Source: Thermodesulfovibrionia bacterium
Lineage (GTDB): Bacteria > Nitrospirota > Thermodesulfovibrionia > UBA6902
Assembly (NCBI GenBank): GCA_030646035.1
Contig: JAUSMY010000040.1
Span: forward strand, 8,081-72,080
Direction: 5' to 3'
DNA: 64,000 nucleotides
The first letter of the stretch is position 1; every line of letters begins with the position of its first letter. The translations under genes were made by a program, and so were the position numbers. Below the pieces are notes generated by a model that ran no database searches, had not been told where the DNA came from, and saw only the letters and a list, made by a program, of their open reading frames with translations. This document shows positions 61,866-64,000 of this stretch, in pieces.

Positions 61866-62900
61866 TTATTCTAATATAGATGCTGTGATTTCCTGCGCAT
61901 CAGAGACAGAAGTCGGTAAACTGGCTGTTAACTCCATAAAGCTTTTTGAGAGGATATTCTTTGCGCTCGAATCACGCACATTTCTGTCAGCAGATCCAAA
62001 AATTACTGCAATGACCCGTTCTCCGTTTTTAGATACTGTTGCAGCAATGGAGAATCCGGCAGCTCTGAAGTACCCTGTTTTAAAGCCGTCACAGCCTTCA
62101 AAACTTCCAACAAGATGATTGTGGTTTCGCATAACAAGCGGTTTTGGGCTGTCTGTGCGGAAAAGGCGTTCTTTAGTTGAAGTATATCTCAAGGCAGCAG
62201 GATGTTTAAGCAGTTCCAGACATAATTTTGTTATATCTCTGGGGGTAGAAACATCCGGCTTGCCTTTAGCAGGAGGAAGACCGTTCACGGTACTAAATAA
62301 TGTGTCCGTCATGCCGAGTTCCTGTGCCCGCTTGTTCATGAGGCTGATAAATTTTTCCTTGTCACCTGTGTAATGAAGCGCAAGCGCCATTGCTGCATCA
62401 TTAGCTGACGGAATCATGAGGGCATAGATCAGATCATCCACCGTATGAACTTCACGTTCTTTTAAATAAACCTGTGAGCCGTCTACTTTAGCTACTTCGG
62501 CTGATATTTTGACTTTATCCTGGAGGGTTATCTGTTTTGCTTCGATAGCCTCCAGAATAACAAGAAGGTTCATCATTTTGACCATACTTGCAGGGTAGCC
62601 CTTAACATCCGGATTGTCTTCAAAAAGCACTTTGCCTGTAGCAGCATCAATTGCGATAGCGCCTAAATATGGATTTTTTGATATTTTTTGTAAACCAGAC
62701 TTGGATACTTTTGTTTTGGCTTTCCTGGTTGTCTGTTTTTTCTTGACAGTTGTGGTGCTTTTCTTGGCAGCGTATGTAGAAGTTATTGTGCATAGAAACG
62801 CAACAATGAGAAATGCAGAGATAAAAAATAATAATGAATGTTTTTTCATAGGCATTGTTTTTACTTTTAATATTATATGAATTATGGAGTAATTAGACAA
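61866..62900 (-). CDS. D-alanyl-D-alanine carboxypeptidase/endopeptidase (S11, PBP5/PBP7-like)
   Basis: 344-aa ORF with signal peptide; SxxK (ASMVK), SxN (SAND) and KTG (GFKTGY) motifs. Confidence 0.8.
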   Translation of the reverse strand: MSNYSIIHIILKVKTMPMKKHSLLFFISAFLIVAFLCTITSTYAAKKSTTTVKKKQTTRKAKTKVSKSGLQKISKNPYLGAIAIDAATGKVLFEDNPDVKGYPASMVKMMNLLVILEAIEAKQITLQDKVKISAEVAKVDGSQVYLKEREVHTVDDLIYALMIPSANDAAMALALHYTGDKEKFISLMNKRAQELGMTDTLFSTVNGLPPAKGKPDVSTPRDITKLCLELLKHPAALRYTSTKERLFRTDSPKPLVMRNHNHLVGSFEGCDGFKTGYFRAAGFSIAATVSKNGERVIAVIFGSADRNVRDSSAKNILSKSFMELTASLPTSVSDAQEITASILE

Positions 62901-63399
62901 GGTTTATTTTAAGATTTTTTTTTAAGATGAATAATATTCACCACTCAATCATCAATATGATTAGCAGAAGGCTGGTATCTGCTTGTTGAAAAACAATCTT
63001 TAAACAGTGCTCCGCAATAGAAAATATATCAAAGATTATGAAAACATGTTAGGCAAAATCAATGAGGACTTCCTCAGATTCCCATATGCCTTTTTTATGC
63101 AATGAATCCTCAAATAAGGAATAATCTTCCTGAAATACCATACTTGCTTGAGCTAACTAGTTGATTTTTAAAATGTTTTAATATGGCATGAATTTTGCTT
63201 TGTAGGGTTAAGCGATAAAATTACATATGATGGTCAAATTAAATAAGGGGAGGTGAGAATGAGCAAGTAAAACAATGTGGAACTGTAGTAAAATTAGAAG
63301 TGAAGCAGTTAATCTGATAAAGCATATGTTTTTAAGCTTTTGAAAGAATTCAGGCAGTTCAAAAACTAAACCAACTTATATTAAAAGGGGAAAAGAAAA

Positions 63400-63996
63400 A
63401 TGAATAAGAAGATGATGAAGCAAATTGTAATGTTATTAATAGTAGCAATGGTATTTGTCGGATGTGCCAAGAAGCCGGAAATGGAACTCAATAGCGCTCA
63501 GGCTGCATTGACCGCTGCAATGGAAGAGGGAGCCAATAAGTACGCTAAAGACGAAGCAAAGGGTCTTAATGATGAGCTTCAGGCTGCATTGGATGAGATG
63601 AAGGTCCAGGAAGGCAAGATATTCAAGAATTATGACAAGACAAAAGAGATGCTTGCTAAAGTAAACGGCGGAGCAGAGGCACTTAAGGCAAAGATCCCAG
63701 CTCTCAAACAAGCTGCTAAAGATGCTGCACAGGCTGCTGCAGATTCTGCAAAGGCATCTATTGAAGAAGCAAAGGCTCTGTTAGCAAAGGCACCAAGAGG
63801 CAAGGGTTCAATGGCAGATATTGAAATGATGAAGGCTGATGTTACCGGACTTGAAGCTTCTATGGCTGAAGTACAGACATTGATCGATACAGAAGAATAC
63901 TTCGTTGCAGCAGATAAAGCCAATGTTATCAAGACCAGCGCAGTAGGCGTTATTGACGCAGTTAATCAGGCACTTGCGAAAAAAGGCAAAAAGTAG
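63400..63996 (+). CDS. Ala/Lys-rich helical lipoprotein, function unknown
   Basis: 198-aa ORF; signal peptide with lipobox VFVGC; RBS ggggaaaag upstream. Confidence 0.5.
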   Translation: MNKKMMKQIVMLLIVAMVFVGCAKKPEMELNSAQAALTAAMEEGANKYAKDEAKGLNDELQAALDEMKVQEGKIFKNYDKTKEMLAKVNGGAEALKAKIPALKQAAKDAAQAAADSAKASIEEAKALLAKAPRGKGSMADIEMMKADVTGLEASMAEVQTLIDTEEYFVAADKANVIKTSAVGVIDAVNQALAKKGKK

Positions 63997-64000
63997 AAGG

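Overview
Chromosomal window from a bacterium of roughly 45% GC; lineage cannot be fixed without a database search. Coordinates of features I derived myself may be off by 1-2 nt. The window opens in the conserved ribosomal-protein operon (rpsE, rpmD, rplO, secY, map, infA, rpmJ, rpsM, rpsK, rpsD, rpoA, rplQ; no adk) ending in a clear terminator at 6877-6907. Between rplQ and accA sit three minus-strand genes of unknown function (6997-9389): a lipoprotein with a phosphatase CX5R motif, a membrane-anchored protein, and a strongly AT-rich gene. This is my best candidate for an acquired accessory or defence islet, but no protein in it matches a defence family I recognise. Next come accA, dnaE, trpD and a c-di-GMP signalling operon (secreted protein, 1177-aa hybrid histidine kinase with a 7-cysteine insert, REC-GGDEF regulator with GGEEI signature). 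Further on are a ParE-type toxin-antitoxin pair and a tightly coupled minus-strand cluster (24846-30426) of FGase-like amidase, GCS2 ligase, RimK-type ATP-grasp ligase, papain-like peptidase and MFS transporter, which I read as a candidate peptide or amide metabolite pathway. The rest is mostly housekeeping: ackA-xfp, corA, trpG-trpE, three tRNAs (Gly-GCC, Cys-GCA, Pro-GGG), slt, zapA, lysS, the lol genes, rmuC, dgt, ihfA, rimP-nusA followed by recG instead of infB, pilD-like peptidase, a Pif1-like helicase and a PBP5/7-type peptidase. I found no rRNA, CRISPR array, transposase or integrase.
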